The notes under the pieces are model-generated. The model ran no database searches. It was not told where the DNA came from and was given only the letters and a program-made list of their open reading frames with translations. A DNA stretch of 64,000 nt from Octopus vulgaris (Eukaryota), in assembly GCA_951406725.2 (NCBI GenBank), contig OX597821.1, positions 89,528,001 to 89,592,000 on the forward strand. Reading direction: 5' to 3'. Within the stretch, counting starts at the first letter, position 1, and each line of letters begins with the position of its first letter. Positions 28,168 through 40,944 of the stretch are shown in pieces. The position numbers and the translations under genes were made by a program.

Positions 28168-28573
28168 TCTTACTCTTTTCTCTCTTTTACTTGTTTCTGT
28201 CATTTGATTGCGACCATGCTGGAGCACCGACTTTAGTCGAGCAAATTGACCCCGGGACTTATTCTTTTGTAAGTCCAGTACTTATTCTATCGGTCTCTTT
28301 TGCCAAACCGCTAAGTGACGGGGACGTAAACACACCACCATCGGTTGTCAAGCAATGCTAGGGGGACAAACACAGACACAAACATATACACACACATACA
28401 TATATATATACGACAGGCTTCTTTCAGTTTCCATCTACCAAATCCACTCACAAGGCATTGGTCGGCCCGAGACTATAGCAGAAGACACTTGCCCAAGATG
28501 CCACGCAGTGGGACTGAACCCGGAGCCATGTGGTTGGTAAGCAAGCTACTTTCCACGCAGCTACTCCTGCGCC
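28168..28573 (-). mobile_element. SINE family A
   Basis: Full length; inverted relative to the 27630 copy. Confidence 0.9.
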
Positions 28574-28639
28574 TATATATTAATTATATTAGAGGAAAAC
28601 GCAAAACCAAGGTAGAACGAGTATCTCAAGTGTTTTAGA

Positions 28640-28922
28640 TCATGGCTCATCATTTAGATCATGCAAGACTGTGGGTTCAGTTCCCAGACCAGGCATTGTG
28701 TCGTGTTCATGAGCAAAGGACTTCATTTCATGTTGCTCTGTGATCATTTTGATACCTGATATGTGGCACCTGTTGCACCTGTACAGGTAATGTCAATCTG
28801 ATGGAGGGAGTGAGCTTATGTCTACACAAACATTTGATCACAATAAACAAATCATTTGTGTGGTTGTTCGCTATGAAATTGTCGAATTCTCAAATGTTGT
28901 CTAATGACAGGAGAGTCTATCA
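28640..28922 (+). mobile_element. Old SINE family G
   Basis: B-box-like gggttcagttccc; a related diverged copy lies on the minus strand at about 25350-25625. Confidence 0.5.
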
Positions 28923-29010
28923 TAATTATATTAATATATATAATATATACATATAAAATACATGTGTGTGTACATATATATATATATATTCATATATGTA
29001 TATATCTATC

Positions 29011-29041
<31 letters not shown>

Positions 29042-29111
29042 CTATCTATATATATATATATATATATATAAATATATATGTGAGTGTGTATATATATATA
29101 TATATATATAT

Positions 29112-29341
29112 CAATAAGGATAAGATCATTAATTTAAATATCGATCTTATCAAGTAGCCAGCATGGGAATAAAGACCTTTTAAGGTAATAATTATTATTA
29201 AAATTGGCTGCTATTTCCAGCGTGGCGGTATCTCTTAGATACCCTAAATTATAATTTTAATATTAATTATTACCTTTGAAAGTATTTATTCCCATGCTGG
29301 CCACTTGATAAGATCGATATTTAAATTAATGATCTTATCCT

Positions 29342-29344
<3 letters not shown>
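29112..29344. mobile_element. Palindromic element of the 16141 family
   Basis: Arms of about 90 bp (taaggataagatc...) around an asymmetric core; TA tracts on both sides. Confidence 0.8.
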
Positions 29345-29379
<35 letters not shown>

Positions 29380-29389
29380 CATGTGTGTA

Positions 29390-29795
29390 TTTAAAGGGCT
29401 AAAAAAACCACTAGGTGGTCAGCCGTATGCTAGAAGTAGATCACCTACGATCAAACTACAAAGAAAAGAATGTTCCCTAGAGGAAAATTCAGCGGACACC
29501 AGAACAATTAGGCGGGCAAGACAGATAAAAATTATATAAAAAACCAGAATTACTTACAGACCGGCGGTTTCGCCTATTAACGAATGAATCACTTACGTAA
29601 TCCCTCGTCCGTAGGTTCGTCAGTGCGATCGTTCCACAGGTAATATAATTTGTAAAATTGACCACCAGTTTTCCGTATAAAAACAGACACGTGCTTAGTT
29701 TCACCGATTACATTGGGGTTAATTTCAAATGTCTGAGTTCTGGCTCGCTAAAATTCTGGAAACAAAATCTGCAGTAAATAATTTACTGCAGTTAA
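29390..29795 (-). mobile_element. CpG-rich Penelope-like terminal fragment in a (TA)n tract
   Basis: Contains the hammerhead motif; (TA)n on both flanks. Confidence 0.6.
29554..29628 (-). ncRNA. Type I hammerhead ribozyme candidate
   Basis: gca-CUGACGA-A-CCUA...extended stem II capped by GUAA...UAGG-C-GAAA-CC-GCC-GG-UC-ugu; GUC cleavage triplet. Confidence 0.7.
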
Positions 29796-30137
29796 TATAT
29801 ATATATATATATATACACATACCACACACACATAACAAGCTTCTTTCAATTTCTATCTCCCATAATGCGTTTGGCAACTCAATTTGTCATACTATGAATT
29901 GAACTTGTAGCTTGGAATGCAAACCTCTTAACTACAAACAACCAAGCTTGAGCTTACACACACACACATGCACACACACATGCACATACACATACACACA
30001 CACATACACACGCACACACCATATAAGTTTTTAATGTTCTTAAGCTTGTGTTTAGTCAACACTAGTGCAGAACATGTAATTTTTAAGACAAACCTGATAA
30101 CACACATTTCATATTAAATTTCCTGTAATATGAAGTA

Positions 30138-30463
30138 GCCAGCACCGCCCTGACTGGCCTCCATGCCGGTGGCACGTAAAAAGCACCATCCAATCATGGC
30201 CGTTGCCAGCCTTGTCTGGCCTCCGTGCCGGTGACACGTAAAAAGCACCATCCGATCGTGGCCGTTGCCAGCCTCGTCTGGCACGTAAAAAGCACCCACT
30301 ACACTCACAGAGTGGTTGGTGTTAGGAAGGGCATCCAGCTGTAGAAACATTGCCAGATCAGACTGGGCCTAGTGCAGCCTCCTGGCTTCCCAGACCCCAG
30401 TTGAACCGTCCAACCCATGCTAGCATGGAAAGCGGACGTTAAACGATGATGATGATGATGATG
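30138..30463 (+). mobile_element. Family C (RTE 3' end)
   Basis: Three internal repeat units and a (GAT)n tail. Confidence 0.85.
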
Positions 30464-31894
30464 AAGTAATGCTGAAATAAACAAAGAATCGTATAAGTAA
30501 TGAATATATGCAAGTATTTAATTTGTTGTGTGTGCTATTTTTGAAATTTTTTGTTTTTGTTATTTCTTGTTTCATCTCTCTTACTGTATTTATCTGAATC
30601 CCTGATAAAATGAGGTAGTGCAATGACATGTTAAAGCAACGGATTCCTATAAGAATATTATTCATTTCAAATCTGACAACTTAGATAGATATTATAATTG
30701 GAAAGTCAAAATGATAAATTCTTCATTACATGCTAAGTTTCTTTACTAATTGACTCCTTTGGATGAAAATTTCATGAAGATTTTGAAAATAATAGAGAAT
30801 GATATCACCACCATTAGCAACAACAACAACAACAACAACAACTGCAACAATGACAATCACAACAACAACAAAATGAGAAAATTATAAAAATAGCTTTAAC
30901 AAAAGTGGAAAATCATATTATCTCATATTCGTTAGTTAGTCATGCAACACCGAAGTAATCTTTCAGGTAGATTATAACAACTAGGTTTCAATTCTTGAAT
31001 GTAAACTTGTCATCTCGCTTATACAGCAAATATCCTTCATACCAATCCCATGAGGGAATATCTACATGGTTGTGATAATTCCTAGAAATAGCAGTCAAAT
31101 TTTTCTCAAATTTCTCCTTATTTCATTTAAAAAGATTCTGCTATTTTGATGATGTACTGGATGTGGCTGTGCGGTTAAGAGGTGTTTTGCATTGAACCTA
31201 TATAGTTTCAGGACTAGAGCCACTGTATGGTATCCTGAGCAAATGCCTTCTAGTCTTCTGCTTTAGGCCCTGGTTGACCAAAGTCTTGTGAATGGATTTG
31301 GTAGACAAGAACTGAAAGATATATATGAATGTAAGATTCAGACATCAATGTGTAGGAAGAAAGTTAGCTTCAAGCAATCTTTTGTAAATATAGAAAAAAC
31401 AACTTTCAGGAAGAAAAGTGGTTCATTATGACAGAAGGTTGTGGATGGTCGTGTTATCAAAGAACAATGAGCAGAAAGAAAAGATATCTTTGGCTGGATG
31501 GTATATACCTCACTTGGATTTTAACACTTCTGAGGTTCCACCGGTGGCATATGTAAAAGATTTGAGCAAGATTGTTGCCAGTGCCGCCTGGAAAGTGGAC
31601 GTTAAATGATGATGATGATAATGATATGGTGGTTGTCTACACCTTATGCAGAGTCTGACCACCTCCTGTACCTAAACCTTAGATCCATCATGGCATCTGA
31701 TGTGGCTTTTTAAACCAGACTATATTTTGAAAAGACACCCACATAGATTGCATATCCGATTTGTATCACCAAGAACTGCAGTTAAGTTCTGATCTTTGTG
31801 GATCTTAAAATGTCTTTTGAAGGCCTCCGTTACATTTGCAGACCTTATGGCATACATTGAAAGGTGTGCACAGATATATAGCAGAGTAGTTGGT

Positions 31895-32050
31895 GGAGGT
31901 CCATTTTTTTTTTCTTACTATTTTCTTTTACTCTTAATCCTTTCTGTCGAAGACTTCTCCATTCTTCCTGAGCATTAAACTAATACACCTGCTTGTTGTT
32001 AATTCACCTGTTTTCATCTTTTGTTTTTCTGTAAATTTGAACTGTATATA
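31895..32050 (+). mobile_element. Single arm of the 10007 family with the hammerhead stem II deleted
   Basis: cttaatcctttctgtcgaagac...ctgtaaatttgaactgtatata matches 10267-10404. Confidence 0.7.
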
Positions 32051-32055
32051 TGCAT

Positions 32056-33145
32056 AGGCATGGCTATGTGGTAAGAAGTTGGCCTCTTAACCACATGGTT
32101 CCTTGTTCAGTCTTACTGTGTGGCACCTCGGGCAAACCAAACCCTTGTGAGTAGATTTTGCAGACGGAAACTTGAAGAAGCCAATTATATATGTGCATCA
32201 TCATCAACCTCACCATCATCGTTTAATATCCGCTTGCCATGCTGGCATGAGGTGGACGGTTTGACTGGGGTCAGGCAAGCCAGTGGGCTGCACCAGGCTC
32301 CAATCTGATGTGGAAATGTTTCTGCAGCTGGATGCCCTTCCTAATGCTACCCACTCTGAGAGTGTAGTGGGTGCTTTTTACAAGTCACCAGCATGGGAGC
32401 TAGTCAAGGAGTACTGACATCAACCACGTTCAGATGCTGCTTTTTATATGCCACTGGCATGGGAGCTAATCAAGGGGCACTGAATTAGACCATGTTTGGA
32501 TGGTGCATTTTATGTGCCACTGGCATGGAAGCCGGTCAAGCAGCACTAGCCACAACTATGATTTCAACTTTACTTGACACATCAGGTCTTCACAAGCATA
32601 CCCGATGCTTTGAAGGTACCTTTAAATGGGCCGATCATGCAACACTGGCATTGACCATGGCTGCGATCTCACTTTAGTTGCTGCATCTTCTCAATCACAG
32701 CATATCTCCAAAGTTCTCAGTCTTTTGTCATTGCCTCTGTGAAGCCCAACATTCAAAGGTCATGCTTCACCATCTCATCCCATGTCTTCCTGGGTCTACC
32801 TCTTCCACAGGTTCCTTCCACTGTTAGGGTGTGAGACTTCCTCACACAGCTGTCCTCAACCATACGTAACACATGACCACACCAGCAGTCATCTCTCTTA
32901 TATAATATATATGTGAGAGTGTCTATGTGTGTCTTTGCGCTTGTCTCCCACCACAGCCTGGCAATCAGTATCGATGTGGTTACATCCTTGTAACTTAGCA
33001 GTTCAGCAAAAGAAACCAATAGAATAAGTACCAAGCTTGAAGAAAGTACTAGGGTCAATTCATTCAACTGAAGTTCTTTCAGGGGGTGCTCCAGCATGGC
33101 CTCAATCAAATGACTGAAACATGCAAAAGATGAAAAAACAAAAGA
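32056..33145 (+). mobile_element. Diverged SINE family A split by an RTE insertion
   Basis: Head 32056-32190; tail 32915-33145. Confidence 0.65.
32195..32890 (-). mobile_element. RTE LINE 3' fragment: end of ORF2 plus family C 3' UTR
   Basis: WCGHVLRMVEDSCVRKSHTLTVEGTCGRGRPRKTWDEMVKHDL is continuous with family C sequence. Confidence 0.85.
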
Positions 33146-35467
33146 TATTTATACATCTTATAATTATGAAGCATATACTGAGGTTAATTATATTTGCTAT
33201 ATGAGGACTCATTATAAATTGTTATTGTTTCTGTTGGTGATGTTGCTTTTAATAGTTTAAGTAGCTACAGCTGAACCATATGTGCTATATGTTGCTAAAC
33301 TACATATAAGTAATTTAGACAAATTCCTGAAATAAAATGTATACCCTATTATATATTGGAGCTGTCTGGTGTTTTGAAGTTCTGCCTGTTATTGCTTATG
33401 GTGTATCATATCTTCCTAAACATCAAAAGCGTTGTCTATAACAGTTATTAATATTTGACCAGACATACCAAGGGACATTTTATCCACTTACTTGTTCATC
33501 TTACTCTGCATGAAATGCTTATAATTGCATGAACAGTGAAGGAGGAAATACAGCATGGATCAAAATAATTCAGACATCACCTTGGTAGCATCAATGCTAC
33601 TTGGCATTCCTTGAAGGAATGATACAATTGGAAAGTACTGAAATTGTGGTTTCAGTTAAATTTTGATGAAGTGTGTGTTTCACAATGCAAGATGTTCATA
33701 AAACATTGATCTACAAGACTTCCAGAAAGAGGATGGAAATTCCTGGTAAAGATGAGATGACAGCCTGGAAAGAGAGCAAAAAGTACAAGAAAGCTTCACA
33801 TAGGAGAAATGCCTTCAGGATGTTTTCTCAAGGAAGAAGCCATACATCTTCCACTAAGTTGTCATTTGATAATGCTTTATACAATGATATATCACCTGTA
33901 GCTTGTGATGGAAATTCTAGGAGTTCAAAAGAGATGAAGGCCCATGACAGAAAAGATAGTGGGAGGTGTGGTGTTAGATAGCAGTGGGAATTTATTATGG
34001 ACATTAAGATGATTAACAAGAATCAAAACATGGAAAAATATCTACAGTGTTCAGCAGTCAATTTGATATCCATAAATTGAGTTTTGTTACAATCATGGCA
34101 AAACAAAAACACAGCTCAAGGCAAACTGATACCCAGGTTTGAGTATCTTGAAATATGGATGTCTGTGTGAATCTACAGAATGACTTGAAAGGATCGTCAT
34201 CAGGGATAATCAGTATATTTGCTTTGATCATTCCTAAAATTCGTTAAGTCAGGATGTTTGAGATTGTAGCCTACCCAAAAGAAAAACAAAGCAAGCTAGT
34301 AGTATTAATTGATGAAATGCTAGCAGAAAAGAAAAGAAAAAATTAGTAGAGAAAATTGAGCAATGAACTTGTAAAACTTCAACACATTCTAAGGAAATTA
34401 TCTAATCTTTACTTGGTGATATACAAAGGAAGATTCTAGTACTATCTAAAGTAGAAAATCATAGAGAAAAGCAAGAAGATAGAAGAAATCTCATGAGCCT
34501 TTTTATGTATAACCCTTTTAGGCTAACAAGAAACTTGTTTGAGCAAAACAGGTCAGCAGTTTGAAAATTTCCAAAAGGAACTTGAGAGCCATCTTTAAAG
34601 TGTCTGCTTGGACTGCTTCAAGACATGCTCCTTCACCTGATGTTTGATGAGTTGAAGTCTAATTCAACTGTTTGTATTTCAGTCATTTGTGACAAAATAA
34701 AATACAAAATGTGCCAGACATGTCATTGTCAGAGTGTTGAGGAGCTGATTGCAAGTGTAAAGGGAAGGAAAAGTAACATAGGATTGGTGTTTGCCAGAGG
34801 GTTTTCAGGTTCAAAAGGAGAAGGGGAATCATCAAGTGATCAGTTTCAACTGATATTCTTCTTTAATGTAAAGACTAACATGTTTAATGAAGAGCTGGCA
34901 AGAAGGATGGCTGGATTCCAAGTAATGAATGAACTCATAGGCATTTTGTTGCAGAAAACAGGGATCTTGGGACTCCCAAATACTTTGAACATTCTTAGAT
35001 CATCTGAAGCTCCATTCAGATAGTCAAAAGGAAGAAAAAGATTTTCAGGTTGTCTAGGTCTTTGGGTTGACTTGAAAAATTCATATGGATCAGTTTCGAA
35101 TGTGCTGATACACAGAGCATTAGTGATATGCTACCTTAGATTAGAAATCAAGCAGTTTACCAGTAAGGACTTCACAACCAGCTGGAAAGCACTAGAAATT
35201 GTTATGATGAGGTGCAAATTCTTTCTTTCAAATTAATGATGGATCTAGAGTTGACAGTAAAAGGTTTAAAAAGCTGCTGAAAGGAAGGGGAGGACACTTA
35301 GTAATACTACCACTATGTGCTTTTATGGATGGCATTACCACCAGTAGAAACACAAAACAAAAAATTTCTTTTTAATTTAAAGCAAATACTCTTCAGGCAA
35401 ATCTGGAATGAACCACTCTGTCAATGTCAGCTGCACTCCAAAGTTTTAAAATGTCAGTATATATATA

Positions 35468-35855
35468 GGTGCAGGAGTGGCTGTGTGGTAAGTAGCTTAC
35501 TTACCAACCACATGGTTCTGGGATCAGTCCCACTGAGGGGCACCTTGGGCAAGTGTCTTCTACTATAGCCTCAGGCCGACCAAAGCCTTGTGAGTGGATT
35601 TGAAAGAAGCCTGTCGTATATATGTATATATATGTGTGTATGTGTTTGTGTGTATGTGTTTGTCTCCCCAACATCGCTTGACAACCGATGCTGGTGTGTT
35701 TATGTCCCCGTAACTTAGCAGTTCGGCAAAAGAGACCGATAGAATAAGTACTAGGCTTACAAAGAATAAGTCCTGGGGTCGATTTGCCCGACTAAAGGCG
35801 GTGCTCCAGCATGGCCACAGTCAAATGACTGAAGAAAGTAAAAAAGTAAAAGAGT
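35468..35855 (+). mobile_element. SINE family A
   Basis: Full length. Confidence 0.9.
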
Positions 35856-36129
35856 ATATGAGATGAAGTCAGATCTAGAAATTCTATTTTAAAACTGGAA
35901 GTGGGGATGATTCCAGTTATAACTAGGATCAAGCAATTAGAGATTAGTCAATTAAGAGCCTTGATCATATTTATGCTGTACTACTAACTGATACCAAGAG
36001 GAAAATTTGAAACAAGCACTAAAAGTAGCAACCTCACATCTTAAACTTCTCTATGTGAAGCTATCCATTGATTGGGAAGTTAAGATGGTGTTCCTGATAT
36101 GGTCTATTGCTGAACTATTATGGTCACTC

Positions 36130-36445
36130 TCATCATCATCATCATCATTTAGCATCCACTTTCCATGCTAGCATGGGTTGGACGGTTCAACTGGGGTCTG
36201 TGAAGCCAGAAGGCTGCATCAGGCCCAGTCTGATCTGGCAGTGTTTCTATGGTTGGATGCCCTTCCTAACGCCAACCACTCCGTGAGTGTAGTGGGTGCT
36301 TTTTACGTGTCACCTGCACAGGTGCCAGATGGAGCTGGCAAATGGCCATGGATGGATGGTACTTTTTACATGCCACCAGCACAGGTGCCAGACGAATCTG
36401 GCAAATGGCCACAGACGGATGGTGCTTTTTACGTGCCACCGTGTA
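36130..36445 (-). mobile_element. Family C
   Basis: Matches the family consensus. Confidence 0.85.
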
Positions 36446-37064
36446 TCAAATGCCATCAAAAAGAACCGGAAGAAGGAAAACGTTTGTTCTTATGAGAATG
36501 GTCTGATTTCTTGATAGGATTGTTGGATTGTACAATTCAGTCACAAAACTTCATCAATTTAACATCACTGGTAGAGCAGATCCAAGCAACGAAAGAACAG
36601 ATCCATAGGATGTTATGGAATTCGATGAATCTCACTTTCTATGAACCTAGCAGAAAATATTGATAGAAAGAAAATGGAACCTACATACACACAAGACAAT
36701 AATGTTAAGTTATTGATGATTTTGCACAAGTCTCTAGGATATGTAAAACTTGATGGATGCATTTGATGGTATAAGAAACGATTTCAACATGAAATGCAAC
36801 ATTCAAATAACTGAAATTGATTACCATGTAAATCGTGACAGGTGCCAAGAAGAACAACTTAAGCCCATTTATACAAAAAGCTGGGAAAGGGTAAAGACAA
36901 TACATTTCCCTATCCAGATCACAATGATTAGTGTTGATGTATATTGCTGAATGACTCATGAGTAAGTCCATCATGCTATTCAGAAGGTTGAAAGAGTATC
37001 TATAAAACTACAAGCAAGTTTTTATCCGAGTGAAACACAAAATACACCAAACAATTTTAAACAC

Positions 37065-37390
37065 TTGCAGCGTGGAAGGTGTATATAAGCCATTTAAGAA
37101 CCACACAAAACCATTAGATTCACTTCAACATTTAAATTTTACTTTTCAAAATATTTTCATTGCTTTCAGACCGCAATCTGTTCACTAGCACAAAGTTTTG
37201 TCACTGAACAGGTCGCGGTCTCAAAGCGCCGAAAATATTTTGACAAATTAAATTTAAATGTTGAAGTGAATCTAACGGTTTTTATGTGTTTCTTAAATGG
37301 CTTATAAACACCTTCCATGCTGCAATCGTTTTCGTTCCAGCACACGATTTCAGATCAGGTCACTTGCTATGCAAGTACATCTCTGTAACA
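37065..37390. mobile_element. Palindromic element with variant hammerhead-like motifs in both arms
   Basis: Arms about 37065-37187 / 37201-37325 plus an extension. Confidence 0.75.
37197..37247 (+). ncRNA. Hammerhead-like motif, variant core
   Basis: UUUGUCA-CUGAACA-GGUCGC-loop-GCGCC-GAAAAUAUUU-UGACAAA (7 bp stem I); the opposite arm reads GUGAACA. Confidence 0.5.
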
Positions 37391-37981
37391 AACAATTTTA
37401 GTCTAGTGTAAAATACTATTATTTGATAATGGATCTTATAATGAAAGCAATTAAAAAACTGTATGTATTTATGAGGCACGTCAAAGAAATCATGAGCATC
37501 ACTTGGAAAGGTTTGAACAAGAACACCCTTATAAAAGAATAAACCAGGCACTTCAGCATCGAAGAGGCATTGCTGAACTGAAATCTCCACAGGTTTCATT
37601 ATGTTTAAAGAACAGAGGAAGTTCAGAATCCATGATGGATACTGTACTCATAGTTGCAACAATATGAGAAACCAGGGTCTACCCTGAGTGGTATTCAAAG
37701 ATGTGACTAAATGTGACATGAAGAGATTGTCATCCTTATGATAGCTTGACCATTGAAGTGCAAGATAGAAAGCCATGGTGGATTTGATTCACTTCTGATA
37801 TTCTAACTCCTGGCACTTTATATGGGCAATCATCAGTCAATAATAACAGGCTGCCTATGGTAGTAATGATGATGGGATATACATATATACATGTATGGAT
37901 ATGTATATATATACATATATATATATATATCCATACATGAATATATGTATATCTATATATATCTATATATATATATGTATA

Positions 37982-38034
<53 letters not shown>

Positions 38035-38376
38035 GTATGTATAGGTATGTGTGTGTGTGTGTGTGTATATATGAATATACATAAAATTTACATTTGCTTA
38101 TACAGAAATGTAAATAGAGAAATAAAGACAGGAGAAATATTTCTGTTTCAATTGTTCCAAAATAGAGATTTACAATTTCGAACGAAAGCTGTGAAAGCTT
38201 TTATATTTATATATTCCTGAAAACATTGAGAACCGTATTAGTTCTAAGTATATTCCTCATGAAGGATGTAACAATGAGCTTTTGATGTGGCCATTTTGAA
38301 AATATTCAAATCTTAAGAAGATTTACAACATATTTGTGCGTGAATACATACATACATCCACACCCACATACAGTGC

Positions 38377-38412
<36 letters not shown>

Positions 38413-38569
38413 ATTATATATGTATGTGTATATGTATATAGATGAATGAATGTATCCATTCACATTCCTGCACATTTGTATGTAGAAGTGTGTATACAAA
38501 TATATGTATGTATGCATGTATGTATCTATGCATATGTATATATATATGTTTGCATATATATACATATAT

Positions 38570-38684
<115 letters not shown>

Positions 38685-38863
38685 AATATTAGGGAATAAA
38701 TCCAAATTTACAGGGAAAAATCAGATTTAGGATTGAATCCAATTTTATAGTAAAATATTATATAATATTAATTAGAGACAAAACCACTATTATGCAAATC
38801 AAACAAAGAAAGACTTAATCCAATACATAAAAATTTTATATAAATGAAATAAAATTAAGTTAT

Positions 38864-38909
38864 CCACTACAATTGTTTCTTGTCACTTCTAAGGACATTC
38901 ATCAGGTGG
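38864..38909 (-). ncRNA. Minimal type I hammerhead ribozyme candidate
   Basis: CCAC-CUGAUGA-A-UGUC-loop-GACA-A-GAAAC-AAUU-GUA-GUGG. Confidence 0.65.
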
Positions 38910-38968
38910 TTTTCAGACCTTCTATTCAATTTTATTCATAATTTAAAATTGAATAGAAGGTCTGAAAA

Positions 38969-39014
38969 CCACCTGATGAATGTCCTTAGAAGTGACAAGA
39001 AACAATTGTTGTGG
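38969..39014 (+). ncRNA. Minimal type I hammerhead ribozyme candidate (mirror copy, GUU triplet)
   Basis: ccac-ctgatga-a-tgtc-cttagaagt-gaca-a-gaaac-aatt-gtt-gtgg. Confidence 0.6.
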
Positions 39015-39107
39015 ATAATTTAATTTTATTTAATTTATATAAAATTTTTTATGTATTGGATTAAGTCTTTCTTTGTTTGATTTGCATAATAGTGGTTTTG
39101 TCTCTAA

Positions 39108-39152
<45 letters not shown>

Positions 39153-39889
39153 CAGGATGACATATACATACCATCATCATCGCCATTTTCCTTTTATACA
39201 GCCAAATGTTTAAATTCAGTCTATACTCCGAGTCACTACTTTCCAAGGTGCCAGATATTGCTTACACTTTCTACTTTTTGCAAACATTTAATGGCTAAAG
39301 TCCATTCCTAATTCCAATCCATTTCTATCTGTCTGTTTGTCTATCTATCTATTATGTATTATATATATATTGATAAAAATGGTAAGACCAAAGAAAGAAA
39401 AAAACCTCGATATTATGTAAATAGAGGAATTTATCTATAAATGTAATAATATGTGACAATTATTCGGTAGCCATGACAAAACTCCGAGTTTTGGATGCTG
39501 AAAAATGCTATGAAAAATGACCGTTATACAAAGATAAATTACTGTGTGATTGACCGTTATTAAGACAGTATAAATAACATGTGTGTTAAATACACATATG
39601 CATATGTAAAGTGCTTCATGAGATTCAAAACAAAAATACAATATAAGGGTAAAAATATAAAGTTATCAACAAACAAAACAGTACATGACCAGAAAAATTA
39701 TATTAAAGAACAAGTTTATTCAAGACAACTGTCCCCAGCTTCAACGATAGCTTTGATTCTGCAACAGAAGTAACTGCATACCGGGATCAAATTATTCTAC
39801 CAAACATTGCTCTACTGGAACTCACCTAACACCACTTCAATCAAATTTTCGTGATATGATTGAACTACATTCATCTGACACTACTGAAT

Positions 39890-40160
39890 TCAGGATTATC
39901 TGATACCATTACCCCCAGGTTTTTCTGGCCCTATTTCAACCAGGCTCACCGACAGACTCACATACTTATCAGATATTATTCTACCCAGACCCATCGTGTT
40001 CTTACCATTCCTGTTGTTTCACTCCATAAGATGAACACTAAACCCTTTAGCTAGTCCTTTCTTTCCAGACTTACTGCATTCTGATAATCCTTTCCCTCCC
40101 AAGTCGATATTAACCTGTATTGATACAAATATCGACTGCATTGATCTCACTATCTGCAAA
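39890..40160 (+). pseudogene. Decayed Penelope-like reverse transcriptase fragment
   Basis: Ordered motif remnants TPRFF, PRPIVF (39984) and PPKSILTCIDTNI (40095) resemble PLE RT PxFY...RPIVS...LxSxDVxSLYTNI; spread over different frames. Confidence 0.45.
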
Positions 40161-40367
40161 AGCTTACAATGGTAATAGGAAAGAAAAAATAATTACCAGT
40201 TGCCCCTACTTAATTTAAATTTGAAATTATCTTAAACAATCATCTTTGTGTTAGAAATTTTAAATAATTGTTTCAAATTTTGGCACAAGGCCAGCAACTT
40301 CGAGTGAGGTAGACAAGTTGATTACATTGACACCCCAGTGCTCAAATGGTACTTATTTTATTGATGA

Positions 40368-40595
40368 AGGCGGCGAGCTGGCAGAAACGTTAGCACGCCG
40401 GGTGAAATGTGTAGCCGTAATTCATCTGTCGTTACGTTGTGAGTTCAAATTCCGCCGAGGTCGACTTTGCTTTTCATCCTTTCGGGGTCGATAAATTAAG
40501 TACCAGTTACGCACTGGGGTCGATGTAATCGACTTAATACCTATGTCTGTCTTTGTCCCTTCTATGTTTAGCCCCTTGTGGGTAATAAAGAAATA
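40368..40595 (+). mobile_element. Young SINE B nested antisense in an older B-like copy (40280-40730)
   Basis: About 17 bp TSD ggtacttattt(t/a)attga. Confidence 0.85.
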
Positions 40596-40944
40596 GGTAC
40601 TTATTTAATTGAACCTGGAAGAATAAAAAGCAAAGCTGGTCTTGGTAGAATTTGAACTCAGAAACTAATGATGGATGAAATAGTACTAAGCATTTTGCCT
40701 GGCATGCAAACAATTCTACTAGCTTCCCACTTCAGAAAATAAAAACAATAGCATAGGCACAAGGTCTCAACTTTGGGGAGAGTAGCAGTTGATCAAATTT
40801 TGCCTTCTATCTGACTGGTAATTTTGTTCTTCAACATCTAGAAGCATGAAAGAAAGGTGAGATTCAAACTCAGAATATAAAGAGTTGTAACAAAATACAT
40901 GGCATTTTATTCGACACTTAAATGTGTCTACAAATATATCAATA

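Larger units (their letters stand above)
33900..37010 (+). mobile_element. Heavily decayed HERO/R2-group non-LTR retrotransposon (boundaries uncertain)
   Basis: RT-like motifs QLIFFFNVK...LARRM, QKTGILGLP, LWVDLKNSYGSVSNVLIHRAL (35060), FTTSWKALEI, LPLCAFMDGIT (35308); interrupted by a SINE A and a family C copy. Confidence 0.65.

Noticed and set aside
34625-35023. 132 aa ORF as a host gene
   Set aside because: Part of the decayed HERO-like RT
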